A stretch of DNA of 64,000 nucleotides, taken from Macrostomum lignano (Eukaryota). The notes below the pieces were generated by a model. That model did no database searches, had not been told where the DNA came from, and saw only the letters and a program-made list of their open reading frames with translations. A program made the translations under genes and the position numbers. The DNA lies in contig NIVC01003202.1 of the NCBI GenBank assembly GCA_002269645.1, positions 47,920 to 111,919 of the forward strand, written 5' to 3'. Positions 12,214 through 27,200 of this stretch are shown here, piece by piece (position 1 is the first letter of the stretch; every line of letters starts with the position of its first letter).

Positions 12214-15200
12214 TTCTCCCCATGAATCCCAGGAGTTGCTCACTCACTTCTTGCCGAAATTCTCCCCATGAATCCCAGGAGTTGCTCAATCACTTCTTGC
12301 CGAAAATCTCCCCGTGAATCCCAGGAGTTGCTCACTCACTTCTTGCCGAAAATCTCCCCATGAATCCCAGGAGTTGCTCACTCACTTCTTGCCGAAATTC
12401 TCCCCATGAATCCCAGGAGTTGCTCACTCACTTCTTGCCGAAATCTCCCCATGAATCCCAGGAGTTGCTCACTCACTTCTTGCCGAAATTCTCCCCATGA
12501 ATCCCAGGAGTTGCTCACTCACTTCTTGCCGAAATTCTCCCCATGAATCCCAGGAGTTGCTCACTCACTTCTTGCCGAAATTCTCCCCGTGAATCCCAGG
12601 AGTTGCTCACTCACTTCTTGCCGAAATTCTCCCCATGAATCCCAGGAGTTGCTCACTCACTTCTTGCCGAAATTCTCCCCATGAATCCCAGGAGTTGCTC
12701 ACTCACTTCTTGCCGAAATTCTCCCCGTGAATCCCAGGAGTTGCTCACTCACTTCTTGCCGAAATTCTCCCCATGAATCCCAGGAGTTGCTCAATAACTT
12801 CTTGCCGAAATTCTCCCCATGAATCCCAGGAGTTGCTCACTTCTTGCCGAAATTCTCCCCGTGAATCCCAGGAGTTGCTCACTCACTTCTTGCCGAAATT
12901 CTCCCCATGAATCCCAGGAGTTGCTCACTCACTTCTTGCCGAAATTCTCCCCATGAATCCCAGGAGTTGCTCACTCACTTCTTGCCGAAATTCTCCCCGT
13001 GAATCCCAGGAGTTGCTCACTCACTTCTTGCCGAAAATCTCCCCGTGAATCCCAGGAGTTGCTCACTCACTTCTTGCCGAAATTCTCCCCGTGAATCCCA
13101 GGAGTTGCTCACTTCTTGCCGAAAATCTCCCCGTGAATCCCAGGAGTTGCTCACTTCTTGCCGAAATTCTCCCCGTGAATCCCAGGAGTTGCTCACTTCT
13201 TGCCGAAATTCTCCCCGTGAATCCCAGGAGTTGCTCACTTCTTGCCGAAATTCTCCCCATGAATCCCAGGAGTTGCTCACTTCTTGCCGAAATTCTCCCC
13301 ATGAATCCCAGGAGTTGCTCACTTCTTGCCGAAATTCTCCCCATGAATCCCAGGAGTTGCTCACTTCTTGCCGAAATTCTCCCCATGAATCCCAGGAGTT
13401 GCTCACTCACTTCTTGCCGAAATTCTCCCCATGAATCCCAGGAGTTGCTCACTTCTTGCCGAAATTCTCCCCGTGAATCCCAGGAGTTGCTCACTCACTT
13501 CTTGCCGAAATTCTCCCCGTGAATCCCAGGAGTTGCTCACTCACTTCTTGCCGAAATCTCCCCATGAATCCCAGGAGTTGCTCACTCACTTCTTGCCGAA
13601 ATTCTCCCCATGAATCCCAGGAGTTGCTCACTCACTTCTTGCCGAAATTCTCCCCATGAATCCCAGGAGTTGCTCACTTCTTGCCGAAATTCTCCCCGTG
13701 AATCCCAGGAGTTGCTCACTTCTTGCCGAAATTCTCCCCATGAATCCCAGGAGTTGCTCACTCACTTCTTGCCGAAATTCTCCCCGTGAATCCCAGGAGT
13801 TGCTCACTCACTTCTTGCCGAAATTCTCCCCATGAATCCCAGGAGTTGCTCACTCACTTCTTGCCGAAATCTCCCCATGAATCCCAGGAGTTGCTCATCA
13901 CTTCTTGCCGAAATTCTCCCCATGAATCCCAGGAGTTGCTCATCACTTCTTGCCGAAATTCTCCCCATGAATCCCAGGAGTTGCTCACTCACTTCTTGCC
14001 GAAATTCTCCCCGTGAATCCCAGGAGTTGCTCACTCACTTCTTGCCGAAATTCTCCCCATGAATCCCAGGAGTTGCTCACTCACTTCTTGCCGAAATTCT
14101 CCCCATGAATCCCAGGAGTTGCTCACTTCTTGCCGAAATTCTCCCCGTGAATCCCAGGAGTTGCTCACTCACTTCTTGCCGAAATTCTCCCCATGAATCC
14201 CAGGAGTTGCTCACTCACTTCTTGCCGAAATTCTCCCCATGAATCCCAGGAGTTGCTCACTTCTTGCCGAAAATCTCCCCGTGAATCCCAGGAGTTGCTC
14301 ACTCACTTCTTGCCGAAATTCTCCCCATGAATCCCAGGAGTTGCTCACTCACTTCTTGCCGAAATCTCCCCATGAATCCCAGGAGTTGCTCATCACTTCT
14401 TGCCGAAATTCTCCCCATGAATCCCAGGAGTTGCTCACTTCTTGCCGAAATTCTCCCCATGAATCCCAGGAGTTGCTCACTTCTTGCCGAAATTCTCCCC
14501 ATGAATCACAGGAGTTGCTCACTTCTTGCCGAAAATCTCCCCATGAATCCCAGGAGTTGCTCACTCACTTCTTGCCGAAATTCTCCCCGTGAATCCCAGG
14601 AGTTGCTCACTCACTTCTTGCCGAAAATCTCCCCATGAATCCCAGGAGTTGCTCACTCACTTCTTGCCGAAATTCTCCCCGTGAATGCCAGGAGTTGCTC
14701 AATCACTTCTTGCCGAAATTCTCCCCGTGAATCCCAGGAGTTGCTCACTCACTTCTTGCCGAAATTCTCCCCGTGAATCCCAGGAGTTGCTCACTTCTTG
14801 CCGAAATCTCCCCATGAATCCCAGGAGTTGCTCACTTCTTGCCGAAATTCTCCCCGTGAATCCCAGGAGTTGCTCACTTCTTGCCGAAATTCTCCCCATG
14901 AATCCCAGGAGTTGCTCACTTCTTGCCGAAATTCTCCCCATGAATCCCAGGAGTTGCTCACTTCTTGCCGAAATTCTCCCCATGAATCCCAGGAGTTGCT
15001 CACTTCTTGCCGAAAATCTCCCCGTGAATCCCAGGAGTTGCTCACTCACTTCTTGCCGAAATCTCCCCATGAATCCCAGGAGTTGCTCACTCACTTCTTG
15101 CCGAAATCTCCCCATGAATCCCAGGAGTTGCTCACTCACTTCTTGCCGAAATTCTCCCCATGAATCCCAGGAGTTGCTCACTTCTTGCCGAAATTCTCCC

Positions 15201-18200
15201 CATGAATCCCAGGAGTTGCTCACTCACTTCTTGCCGAAATTCTCCCCATGAATCCCAGGAGTTGCTCACTCACTTCTTGCCGAAATTCTCCCCGTGAATC
15301 CCAGGAGTTGCTCACTCACTTCTTGCCGAAATTCTCCCCGTGAATCCCAGGAGTTGCTCACTCACTTCTTGCCGAAATTCTCCCCATGAATCCCAGGAGT
15401 TGCTCACTCACTTCTTGCCGAAATTCTCCCCATGAATCCCAGGAGTTGCTCACTCACTTCTTGCCGAAATTCTCCCCATGAATCCCAGGAGTTGCTCACT
15501 CACTTCTTGCCGAAATTCTCCCCGTGAATCCCAGGAGTTGCTCACTTCTTGCCGAAATTCTCCCCATGAATCCCAGGAGTTGCTCACTCACTTCTTGCCG
15601 AAATTCTCCCCGTGAATCCCAGGAGTTGCTCACTCACTTCTTGCCGAAATTCTCCCCATGAATCCCAGGAGTTGCTCACTCACTTCTTGCCGAAATTCTC
15701 CCCATGAATCCCAGGAGTTGCTCACTTCTTGCCGAAATTCTCCCCATGAATCCCAGGAGTTGCTCACTCACTTCTTGCCGAAATTCTCCCCATGAATCCC
15801 AGGAGTTGCTCACTTCTTGCCGAAATTCTCCCCGTGAATCCCAGGAGTTGCTCACTCACTTCTTGCCGAAATTCTCCCCATGAATCCCAGGAGTTGCTCA
15901 CTCACTTCTTGCCGAAATCTCCCCATGAATCCCAGGAGTTGCTCATCACTTCTTGCCGAAATTCTCCCCATGAATCCCAGGAGTTGCTCACTTCTTGCCG
16001 AAAATCTCCCCATGAATCCCAGGAGTTGCTCACTTCTTGCCGAAATTCTCCCCATGAATCCCAGGAGTTGCTCACTTCTTGCCGAAATTCTCCCCATGAA
16101 TCCCAGGAGTTGCTCACTCACTTCTTGCCGAAATTCTCCCCGTGAATCCCAGGAGTTGCTCACTCACTTCTTGCCGAAAATCTCCCCATGAATCCCAGGA
16201 GTTGCTCACTCACTTCTTGCCGAAATTCTCCCCGTGAATCCCAGGAGTTGCTCACTCACTTCTTGCCGAAATTCTCCCCGTGAATCCCAGGAGTTGCTCA
16301 CTCACTTCTTGCCGAAATTCTCCCCGTGAATCCCAGGAGTTGCTCACTTCTTGCCGAAATTCTCCCCATGAATCCCAGGAGTTGCTCACTTCTTGCCGAA
16401 ATTCTCCCCGTGAATCCCAGGAGTTGCTCACTTCTTGCCGAAATTCTCCCCATGAATCCCAGGAGTTGCTCACTTCTTGCCGAAATTCTCCCCATGAATC
16501 CCAGGAGTTGCTCACTTCTTGCCGAAATTCTCCCCATGAATCCCAGGAGTTGCTCACTCACTTCTTGCCGAAATTCTCCCCATGAATCCCAGGAGTTGCT
16601 CACTCACTTCTTGCCGAAATTCTCCCCATGAATCCCAGGAGTTGCTCACTCACTTCTTGCCGAAATTCTCCCCATGAATCCCAGGAGTTGCTCACTTCTT
16701 GCCGAAATTCTCCCCATGAATCCCAGGAGTTGCTCACTCACTTCTTGCCGAAATTCTCCCCATGAATCCCAGGAGTTGCTCACTCACTTCTTGCCGAAAT
16801 TCTCCCCATGAATCCCAGGAGTTGCTCACTTCTTGCCGAAATTCTCCCCATGAATCCCAGGAGTTGCTCACTCACTTCTTGCCGAAATTCTCCCCATGAA
16901 TCCCAGGAGTTGCTCACTCACTTCTTGCCGAAATTCTCCCCATGAATCCCAGGAGTTGCTCACTCACTTCTTGCCGAAATTCTCCCCATGAATCCCAGGA
17001 GTTGCTCACTCACTTCTTGCCGAAATTCTCCCCATGAATCCCAGGAGTTGCTCACTTCTTGCCGAAATTCTCCCCATGAATCCCAGGAGTTGCTCACTCA
17101 CTTCTTGCCGAAATTCTCCCCATGAATCCCAGGAGTTGCTCACTCACTTCTTGCCGAAATTCTCCCCATGAATCCCAGGAGTTGCTCACTCACTTCTTGC
17201 CGAAATTCTCCCCATGAATCCCAGGAGTTGCTCACTCACTTCTTGCCGAAATTCTCCCCATGAATCCCAGGAGTTGCTCACTCACTTCTTGCCGAAATTC
17301 TCCCCATGAATCCCAGGAGTTGCTCACTCACTTCTTGCCGAAATTCTCCCCATGAATCCCAGGAGTTGCTCACTCACTTCTTGCCGAAATTCTCCCCATG
17401 AATCCCAGGAGTTGCTCACTCACTTCTTGCCGAAATTCTCCCCATGAATCCCAGGAGTTGCTCACTCACTTCTTGCCGAAATTCTCCCCATGAATCCCAG
17501 GAGTTGCTCACTTCTTGCCGAAATTCTCCCCATGAATCCCAGGAGTTGCTCACTCACTTCTTGCCGAAATTCTCCCCATGAATCCCAGGAGTTGCTCACT
17601 CACTTCTTGCCGAAATTCTCCCCATGAATCCCAGGAGTTGCTCACTTCTTGCCGAAATTCTCCCCATGAATCCCAGGAGTTGCTCACTTCTTGCCGAAAT
17701 TCTCCCCATGAATCCCAGGAGTTGCTCACTTCTTGCCGAAATTCTCCCCATGAATCCCAGGAGTTGCTCACTCACTTCTTGCCGAAATTCTCCCCATGAA
17801 TCCCAGGAGTTGCTCACTCACTTCTTGCCGAAATTCTCCCCATGAATCCCAGGAGTTGCTCACTCACTTCTTGCCGAAATTCTCCCCATGAATCCCAGGA
17901 GTTGCTCACTCACTTCTTGCCGAAATTCTCCCCATGAATCCCAGGAGTTGCTCACTTCTTGCCGAAATTCTCCCCATGAATCCCAGGAGTTGCTCACTCA
18001 CTTCTTGCCGAAATTCTCCCCATGAATCCCAGGAGTTGCTCACTCACTTCTTGCCGAAATTCTCCCCATGAATCCCAGGAGTTGCTCACTCACTTCTTGC
18101 CGAAATTCTCCCCATGAATCCCAGGAGTTGCTCACTCACTTCTTGCCGAAATTCTCCCCATGAATCCCAGGAGTTGCTCACTTCTTGCCGAAATTCTCCC

Positions 18201-21200
18201 CATGAATCCCAGGAGTTGCTCACTCACTTCTTGCCGAAATTCTCCCCATGAATCCCAGGAGTTGCTCACTTCTTGCCGAAATTCTCCCCATGAATCCCAG
18301 GAGTTGCTCACTTCTTGCCGAAATTCTCCCCATGAATCCCAGGAGTTGCTCACTCACTTCTTGCCGAAATTCTCCCCATGAATCCCAGGAGTTGCTCACT
18401 CACTTCTTGCCGAAATTCTCCCCATGAATCCCAGGAGTTGCTCACTTCTTGCCGAAATTCTCCCCATGAATCCCAGGAGTTGCTCACTCACTTCTTGCCG
18501 AAATTCTCCCCATGAATCCCAGGAGTTGCTCACTCACTTCTTGCCGAAATTCTCCCCATGAATCCCAGGAGTTGCTCACTCACTTCTTGCCGAAATTCTC
18601 CCCATGAATCCCAGGAGTTGCTCACTCACTTCTTGCCGAAATTCTCCCCATGAATCCCAGGAGTTGCTCACTCACTTCTTGCCGAAATTCTCCCCATGAA
18701 TCCCAGGAGTTGCTCACTTCTTGCCGAAATTCTCCCCATGAATCCCAGGAGTTGCTCACTCACTTCTTGCCGAAATTCTCCCCATGAATCCCAGGAGTTG
18801 CTCACTCACTTCTTGCCGAAATTCTCCCCATGAATCCCAGGAGTTGCTCACTCACTTCTTGCCGAAATTCTCCCCATGAATCCCAGGAGTTGCTCACTCA
18901 CTTCTTGCCGAAATTCTCCCCATGAATCCCAGGAGTTGCTCACTCACTTCTTGCCGAAATTCTCCCCATGAATCCCAGGAGTTGCTCACTTCTTGCCGAA
19001 ATTCTCCCCATGAATCCCAGGAGTTGCTCACTCACTTCTTGCCGAAATTCTCCCATGAATCCCAGGAGTTGCTCACTCACTTCTTGCCGAAATTCTCCCC
19101 ATGAATCCCAGGAGTTGCTCACTCACTTCTTGCCGAAATTCTCCCCATGAATCCCAGGAGTTGCTCACTCACTTCTTGCCGAAATTCTCCCCATGAATCC
19201 CAGGAGTTGCTCACTCACTTCTTGCCGAAATTCTCCCCATGAATCCCAGGAGTTGCTCACTCACTTCTTGCCGAAATTCTCCCCATGAATCCCAGGAGTT
19301 GCTCACTCACTCTTGCCGAAATTCTCCCCATGAATCCCAGGAGTTGCTCACTTCTTGCCGAAATTCTCCCCATGAATCCCAGGAGTTGCTCACTCACTTC
19401 TTGCCGAAATTCTCCCCATGAATCCCAGGAGTTGCTCACTCACTTCTTGCCGAAATTCTCCCCATGAATCCCAGGAGTTGCTCACTCACTTCTTGCCGAA
19501 ATTCTCCCCATGAATCCCAGGAGTTGCTCACTCACTTCTTGCCGAAATTCTCCCCATGAATCCCAGGAGTTGCTCACTCACTTCTTGCCGAAATTCTCCC
19601 CATGAATCCCAGGAGTTGCTCACTCACTTCTTGCCGAAATTCTCCCCATGAATCCCAGGAGTTGCTCACTCACTTCTTGCCGAAATTCTCCCCATGAATC
19701 CCAGGAGTTGCTCACTCACTTCTTGCCGAAATTCTCCCCATGAATCCCAGGAGTTGCTCACTCACTTCTTGCCGAAATTCTCCCCATGAATCCCAGGAGT
19801 TGCTCACTCACTTCTTGCCGAAATTCTCCCCATGAATCCCAGGAGTTGCTCACTCACTTCTTGCCGAAATTCTCCCCATGAATCCCAGGAGTTGCTCACT
19901 CACTTCTTGCCGAAATTCTCCCCATGAATCCCAGGAGTTGCTCACTCACTTCTTGCCGAAATTCTCCCCATGAATCCCAGGAGTTGCTCACTTCTTGCCG
20001 AAATTCTCCCCATGAATCCCAGGAGTTGCTCACTTCTTGCCGAAATTCTCCCCATGAATCCCAGGAGTTGCTCACTTCTTGCCGAAATTCTCCCCATGAA
20101 TCCCAGGAGTTGCTCACTCACTTCTTGCCGAAATTCTCCCCATGAATCCCAGGAGTTGCTCACTCACTTCTTGCCGAAATTCTCCCCATGAATCCCAGGA
20201 GTTGCTCACTCACTTCTTGCCGAAATTCTCCCCATGAATCCCAGGAGTTGCTCACTCACTTCTTGCCGAAATTCTCCCCATGAATCCCAGGAGTTGCTCA
20301 CTCACTTCTTGCCGAAATTCTCCCCATGAATCCCAGGAGTTGCTCACTTCTTGCCGAAATTCTCCCCATGAATCCCAGGAGTTGCTCACTTCTTGCCGAA
20401 ATTCTCCCCATGAATCCCAGGAGTTGCTCACTTCTTGCCGAAATTCTCCCCATGAATCCCAGGAGTTGCTCACTTCTTGCCGAAATTCTCCCCATGAATC
20501 CCAGGAGTTGCTCACTTCTTGCCGAAATTCTCCCCATGAATCCCAGGAGTTGCTCACTTCTTGCCGAAATTCTCCCCATGAATCCCAGGAGTTGCTCACT
20601 CACTTCTTGCCGAAATTCTCCCCATGAATCCCAGGAGTTGCTCACTCACTTCTTGCCGAAATTCTCCCCATGAATCCCAGGAGTTGCTCACTCACTTCTT
20701 GCCGAAATTCTCCCCATGAATCCCAGGAGTTGCTCACTTCTTGCCGAAATTCTCCCCATGAATCCCAGGAGTTGCTCACTCACTTCTTGCCGAAATTCTC
20801 CCCATGAATCCCAGGAGTTGCTCACTCACTTCTTGCCGAAATTCTCCCCATGAATCCCAGGAGTTGCTCACTCACTTCTTGCCGAAATTCTCCCCATGAA
20901 TCCCAGGAGTTGCTCACTCACTTCTTGCCGAAATTCTCCCCATGAATCCCAGGAGTTGCTCACTCACTTCTTGCCGAAATTCTCCCCATGAATCCCAGGA
21001 GTTGCTCACTCACTTCTTGCCGAAATTCTCCCCATGAATCCCAGGAGTTGCTCACTCACTTCTTGCCGAAATTCTCCCCATGAATCCCAGGAGTTGCTCA
21101 CTCACTTCTTGCCGAAATTCTCCCCATGAATCCCAGGAGTTGCTCACTCACTTCTTGCCGAAATTCTCCCCATGAATCCCAGGAGTTGCTCACTCACTTC

Positions 21201-24200
21201 TTGCCGAAATTCTCCCCATGAATCCCAGGAGTTGCTCACTCACTTCTTGCCGAAATTCTCCCCATGAATCCCAGGAGTTGCTCACTCACTTCTTGCCGAA
21301 ATTCTCCCCATGAATCCCAGGAGTTGCTCACTCACTTCTTGCCGAAATTCTCCCCATGAATCCCAGGAGTTGCTCACTCACTTCTTGCCGAAATTCTCCC
21401 CATGAATCCCAGGAGTTGCTCACTTCTTGCCGAAATTCTCCCCATGAATCCCAGGAGTTGCTCACTCACTTCTTGCCGAAATTCTCCCCATGAATCCCAG
21501 GAGTTGCTCACTCACTTCTTGCCGAAATTCTCCCCATGAATCCCAGGAGTTGCTCACTTCTTGCCGAAATTCTCCCCATGAATCCCAGGAGTTGCTCACT
21601 TCTTGCCGAAATTCTCCCCATGAATCCCAGGAGTTGCTCACTTTCTTGCCGAAATTCTCCCCATGAATCCCAGGAGTTGCTCACTCACTCTTGCCGAAAT
21701 TCTCCCCATGAATCCCAGGAGTTGCTCACTTCTTGCCGAAATTCTCCCCATGAATCCCAGGAGTTGCTCACTCACTTCTTGCCGAAATTCTCCCCATGAA
21801 TCCCAGGAGTTGCTCACTCACTTCTTGCCGAAATTCTCCCCATGAATCCCAGGAGTTGCTCACTCACTTCTTGCCGAAATTCTCCCCATGAATCCCAGGA
21901 GTTGCTCACTCACTTCTTGCCGAAATTCTCCCCATGAATCCCAGGAGTTGCTCACTCACTTCTTGCCGAAATTCTCCCCATGAATCCCAGGAGTTGCTCA
22001 CTCACTTCTTGCCGAAATTCTCCCCATGAATCCCAGGAGTTGCTCACTCACTTCTTGCCGAAATTCTCCCCATGAATCCCAGGAGTTGCTCACTCACTTC
22101 TTGCCGAAATTCTCCCCATGAATCCCAGGAGTTGCTCACTCACTTCTTGCCGAAATTCTCCCCATGAATCCCAGGAGTTGCTCACTCACTTCTTGCCGAA
22201 ATTCTCCCCATGAATCCCAGGAGTTGCTCACTTCTTGCCGAAATTCTCCCCATGAATCCCAGGAGTTGCTCACTCACTTCTTGCCGAAATTCTCCCCATG
22301 AATCCCAGGAGTTGCTCACTCACTTCTTGCCGAAATTCTCCCCATGAATCCCAGGAGTTGCTCACTCACTTCTTGCCGAAATTCTCCCATGAATCCCAGG
22401 AGTTGCTCACTTTCTTGCCGAAATTCTCCCCATGAATCCCAGGAGTTGCTCACTCACTTCTTGCCGAAATTCTCCCCATGAATCCCAGGAGTTGCTCACT
22501 TCTTGCCGAAATTCTCCCCATGAATCCCAGGAGTTGCTCACTTCTTGCCGAAATTCTCCCCATGAATCCCAGGAGTTGCTCACTTCTTGCCGAAATTCTC
22601 CCCATGAATCCCAGGAGTTGCTCACTCACTTCTTGCCGAAATTCTCCCCATGAATCCCAGGAGTTGCTCACTCACTTCTTGCCGAAATTCTCCCCATGAA
22701 TCCCAGGAGTTGCTCACTCACTTCTTGCCGAAATTCTCCCCATGAATCCCAGGAGTTGCTCACTCACTTCTTGCCGAAATTCTCCCCATGAATCCCAGGA
22801 GTTGCTCACTCACTTCTTGCCGAAATTCTCCCCATGAATCCCAGGAGTTGCTCACTCACTTCTTGCCGAAATTCTCCCCATGAATCCCAGGAGTTGCTCA
22901 CTCACTTCTTGCCGAAATTCTCCCCATGAATCCCAGGAGTTGCTCACTCACTTCTTGCCGAAATTCTCCCCATGAATCCCAGGAGTTGCTCACTCACTTC
23001 TTGCCGAAATTCTCCCCATGAATCCCAGGAGTTGCTCACTCACTTCTTGCCGAAATTCTCCCCATGAATCCCAGGAGTTGCTCACTCACTTCTTGCCGAA
23101 ATTCTCCCCATGAATCCCAGGAGTTGCTCACTCACTTCTTGCCGAAATTCTCCCCGTGAATCCCAGGAGTTGCTCACTCACTTCTTGCCGAAATTCTCCC
23201 CATGAATCCCAGGAGTTGCTCACTCACTTCTTGCCGAAATTCTCCCCATGAATCCCAGGAGTTGCTCACTTCTTGCCGAAATTCTCCCCATGAATCCCAG
23301 GAGTTGCTCACTTCTTGCCGAAATTCTCCCCATGAATCCCAGGAGTTGCTCACTTCTTGCCGAAATTCTCCCCATGAATCCCAGGAGTTGCTCACTTCTT
23401 GCCGAAATTCTCCCCATGAATCCCAGGAGTTGCTCACTCACTTCTTGCCGAAATTCTCCCCATGAATCCCAGGAGTTGCTCACTTCTTGCCGAAATTCTC
23501 CCCATGAATCCCAGGAGTTGCTCACTCACTTCTTGCCGAAATTCTCCCCATGAATCCCAGGAGTTGCTCACTCACTTCTTGCCGAAATTCTCCCCATGAA
23601 TCCCAGGAGTTGCTCACTCACTTCTTGCCGAAATTCTCCCCATGAATCCCAGGAGTTGCTCACTCACTTCTTGCCGAAATTCTCCCCATGAATCCCAGGA
23701 GTTGCTCACTCACTTCTTGCCGAAATTCTCCCCATGAATCCCAGGAGTTGCTCACTCACTTCTTGCCGAAATTCTCCCCATGAATCCCAGGAGTTGCTCA
23801 CTTTCTTGCCGAAATTCTCCCCATGAATCCCAGGAGTTGCTCACTTCTTGCCGAAATTCTCCCCATGAATCCCAGGAGTTGCTCACTTCTTGCCGAAATT
23901 CTCCCCATGAATCCCAGGAGTTGCTCACTCACTTCTTGCCGAAATTCTCCCCATGAATCCCAGGAGTTGCTCACTCACTTCTTGCCGAAATTCTCCCCAT
24001 GAATCCCAGGAGTTGCTCACTCACTTCTTGCCGAAATTCTCCCCATGAATCCCAGGAGTTGCTCACTCACTTCTTGCCGAAATTCTCCCCATGAATCCCA
24101 GGAGTTGCTCACTCACTTCTTGCCGAAATTCTCCCCATGAATCCCAGGAGTTGCTCACTCACTTCTTGCCGAAATTCTCCCCATGAATCCCAGGAGTTGC

Positions 24201-27200
24201 TCACTCACTTCTTGCCGAAATTCTCCCCATGAATCCCAGGAGTTGCTCACTCACTTCTTGCCGAAATTCTCCCCATGAATCCCAGGAGTTGCTCACTCAC
24301 TTCTTGCCGAAATTCTCCCCATGAATCCCAGGAGTTGCTCACTCACTTCTTGCCGAAATTCTCCCCATGAATCCCAGGAGTTGCTCACTCACTTCTTGCC
24401 GAAATTCTCCCCATGAATCCCAGGAGTTGCTCACTTCTTGCCGAAATTCTCCCCATGAATCCCAGGAGTTGCTCACTCACTTCTTGCCGAAATTCTCCCC
24501 ATGAATCCCAGGAGTTGCTCACTCACTTCTTGCCGAAATTCTCCCCATGAATCCCAGGAGTTGCTCACTTCTTGCCGAAATTCTCCCCATGAATCCCAGG
24601 AGTTGCTCACTTCTTGCCGAAATTCTCCCCATGAATCCCAGGAGTTGCTCACTTCTTGCCGAAATTCTCCCCATGAATCCCAGGAGTTGCTCACTTCTTG
24701 CCGAAATTCTCCCCATGAATCCCAGGAGTTGCTCACTCACTTCTTGCCGAAATTCTCCCCATGAATCCCAGGAGTTGCTCACTTCTTGCCGAAATTCTCC
24801 CCATGAATCCCAGGAGTTGCTCACTCACTTCTTGCCGAAATTCTCCCCATGAATCCCAGGAGTTGCTCACTCACTTCTTGCCGAAATTCTCCCATGAATC
24901 CCAGGAGTTGCTCACTCACTTCTTGCCGAAATTCTCCCCATGAATCCCAGGAGTTGCTCACTCACTTCTTGCCGAAATTCTCCCCATGAATCCCAGGAGT
25001 TGCTCACTCACTCTTGCCGAAATTCTCCCCATGAATCCCAGGAGTTGCTCACTCACTTCTTGCCGAAATTCTCCCCATGAATCCCAGGAGTTGCTCACTC
25101 ACTTCTTGCCGAAATTCTCCCCATGAATCCCAGGAGTTGCTCACTCACTTGCCGAAATTCTCCCCATGAATCCCAGGAGTTGCTCACTCACTTCTTGCCG
25201 AAATTCTCCCATGAATCCCAGGAGTTGCTCACTTCTTGCCGAAATTCTCCCCATGAATCCCAGGAGTTGCTCACTTTCTTGCCGAAATTCTCCCCATGAA
25301 TCCCAGGAGTTGCTCACTCACTTCTTGCCGAAATTCTCCCCATGAATCCCAGGAGTTGCTCACTTCTTGCCGAAATTCTCCCCATGAATCCCAGGAGTTG
25401 CTCACTTCTTGCCGAAATTCTCCCCATGAATCCCAGGAGTTGCTCACTTCTTGCCGAAATTCTCCCCATGAATCCCAGGAGTTGCTCACTTCTTGCCGAA
25501 ATTCTCCCCATGAATCCCAGGAGTTGCTCACTCACTTCTTGCCGAAATTCTCCCCATGAATCCCAGGAGTTGCTCACTCACTTCTTGCCGAAATTCTCCC
25601 CATGAATCCCAGGAGTTGCTCACTCACTTCTTGCCGAAATTCTCCCCATGAATCCCAGGAGTTGCTCACTCACTTCTTGCCGAAATTCTCCCCATGAATC
25701 CCAGGAGTTGCTCACTCACTTCTTGCCGAAATTCTCCCCATGAATCCCAGGAGTTGCTCACTCACTTCTTGCCGAAATTCTCCCCATGAATCCCAGGAGT
25801 TGCTCACTCACTTCTTGCCGAAATTCTCCCCATGAATCCCAGGAGTTGCTCACTCACTTCTTGCCGAAATTCTCCCCATGAATCCCAGGAGTTGCTCACT
25901 CACTTCTTGCCGAAATTCTCCCCATGAATCCCAGGAGTTGCTCACTCACTTCTTGCCGAAATTCTCCCCATGAATCCCAGGAGTTGCTCACTCACTTCTT
26001 GCCGAAATTCTCCCCATGAATCCCAGGAGTTGCTCACTCACTTCTTGCCGAAATTCTCCCCATGAATCCCAGGAGTTGCTCACTCACTTCTTGCCGAAAT
26101 TCTCCCCATGAATCCCAGGAGTTGCTCACTCACTTCTTGCCGAAATTCTCCCCATGAATCCCAGGAGTTGCTCACTCACTCTTGCCGAAATTCTCCCCAT
26201 GAATCCCAGGAGTTGCTCACTCACTTCTTGCCGAAATTCTCCCCATGAATCCCAGGAGTTGCTCACTCACTTCTTGCCGAAATTCTCCCCATGAATCCCA
26301 GGAGTTGCTCACTCACTTCTTGCCGAAATTCTCCCCATGAATCCCAGGAGTTGCTCACTCACTTCTTGCCGAAATTCTCCCCATGAATCCCAGGAGTTGC
26401 TCACTTCTTGCCGAAATTCTCCCCATGAATCCCAGGAGTTGCTCACTTCTTGCCGAAATTCTCCCCATGAATCCCAGGAGTTGCTCACTCACTTCTTGCC
26501 GAAATTCTCCCCATGAATCCCAGGAGTTGCTCACTCACTTCTTGCCGAAATTCTCCCCATGAATCCCAGGAGTTGCTCACTCACTTCTTGCCGAAATTCT
26601 CCCCATGAATCCCAGGAGTTGCTCACTCACTTCTTGCCGAAATTCTCCCCATGAATCCCAGGAGTTGCTCACTCACTTCTTGCCGAAATTCTCCCCATGA
26701 ATCCCAGGAGTTGCTCACTCACTTCTTGCCGAAATTCTCCCCATGAATCCCAGGAGTTGCTCACTTCTTGCCGAAATTCTCCCCATGAATCCCAGGAGTT
26801 GCTCACTTCTTGCCGAAATTCTCCCCATGAATCCCAGGAGTTGCTCACTTCTTGCCGAAATTCTCCCCATGAATCCCAGGAGTTGCTCACTTCTTGCCGA
26901 AATTCTCCCCATGAATCCCAGGAGTTGCTCACTCACTTCTTGCCGAAATTCTCCCCATGAATCCCAGGAGTTGCTCACTCACTTCTTGCCGAAATTCTCC
27001 CCATGAATCCCAGGAGTTGCTCACTCACTTCTTGCCGAAATTCTCCCCATGAATCCCAGGAGTTGCTCACTCACTTCTTGCCGAAATTCTCCCCATGAAT
27101 CCCAGGAGTTGCTCACTCACTTCTTGCCGAAATTCTCCCCATGAATCCCAGGAGTTGCTCACTCACTTCTTGCCGAAATTCTCCCCATGAATCCCAGGAG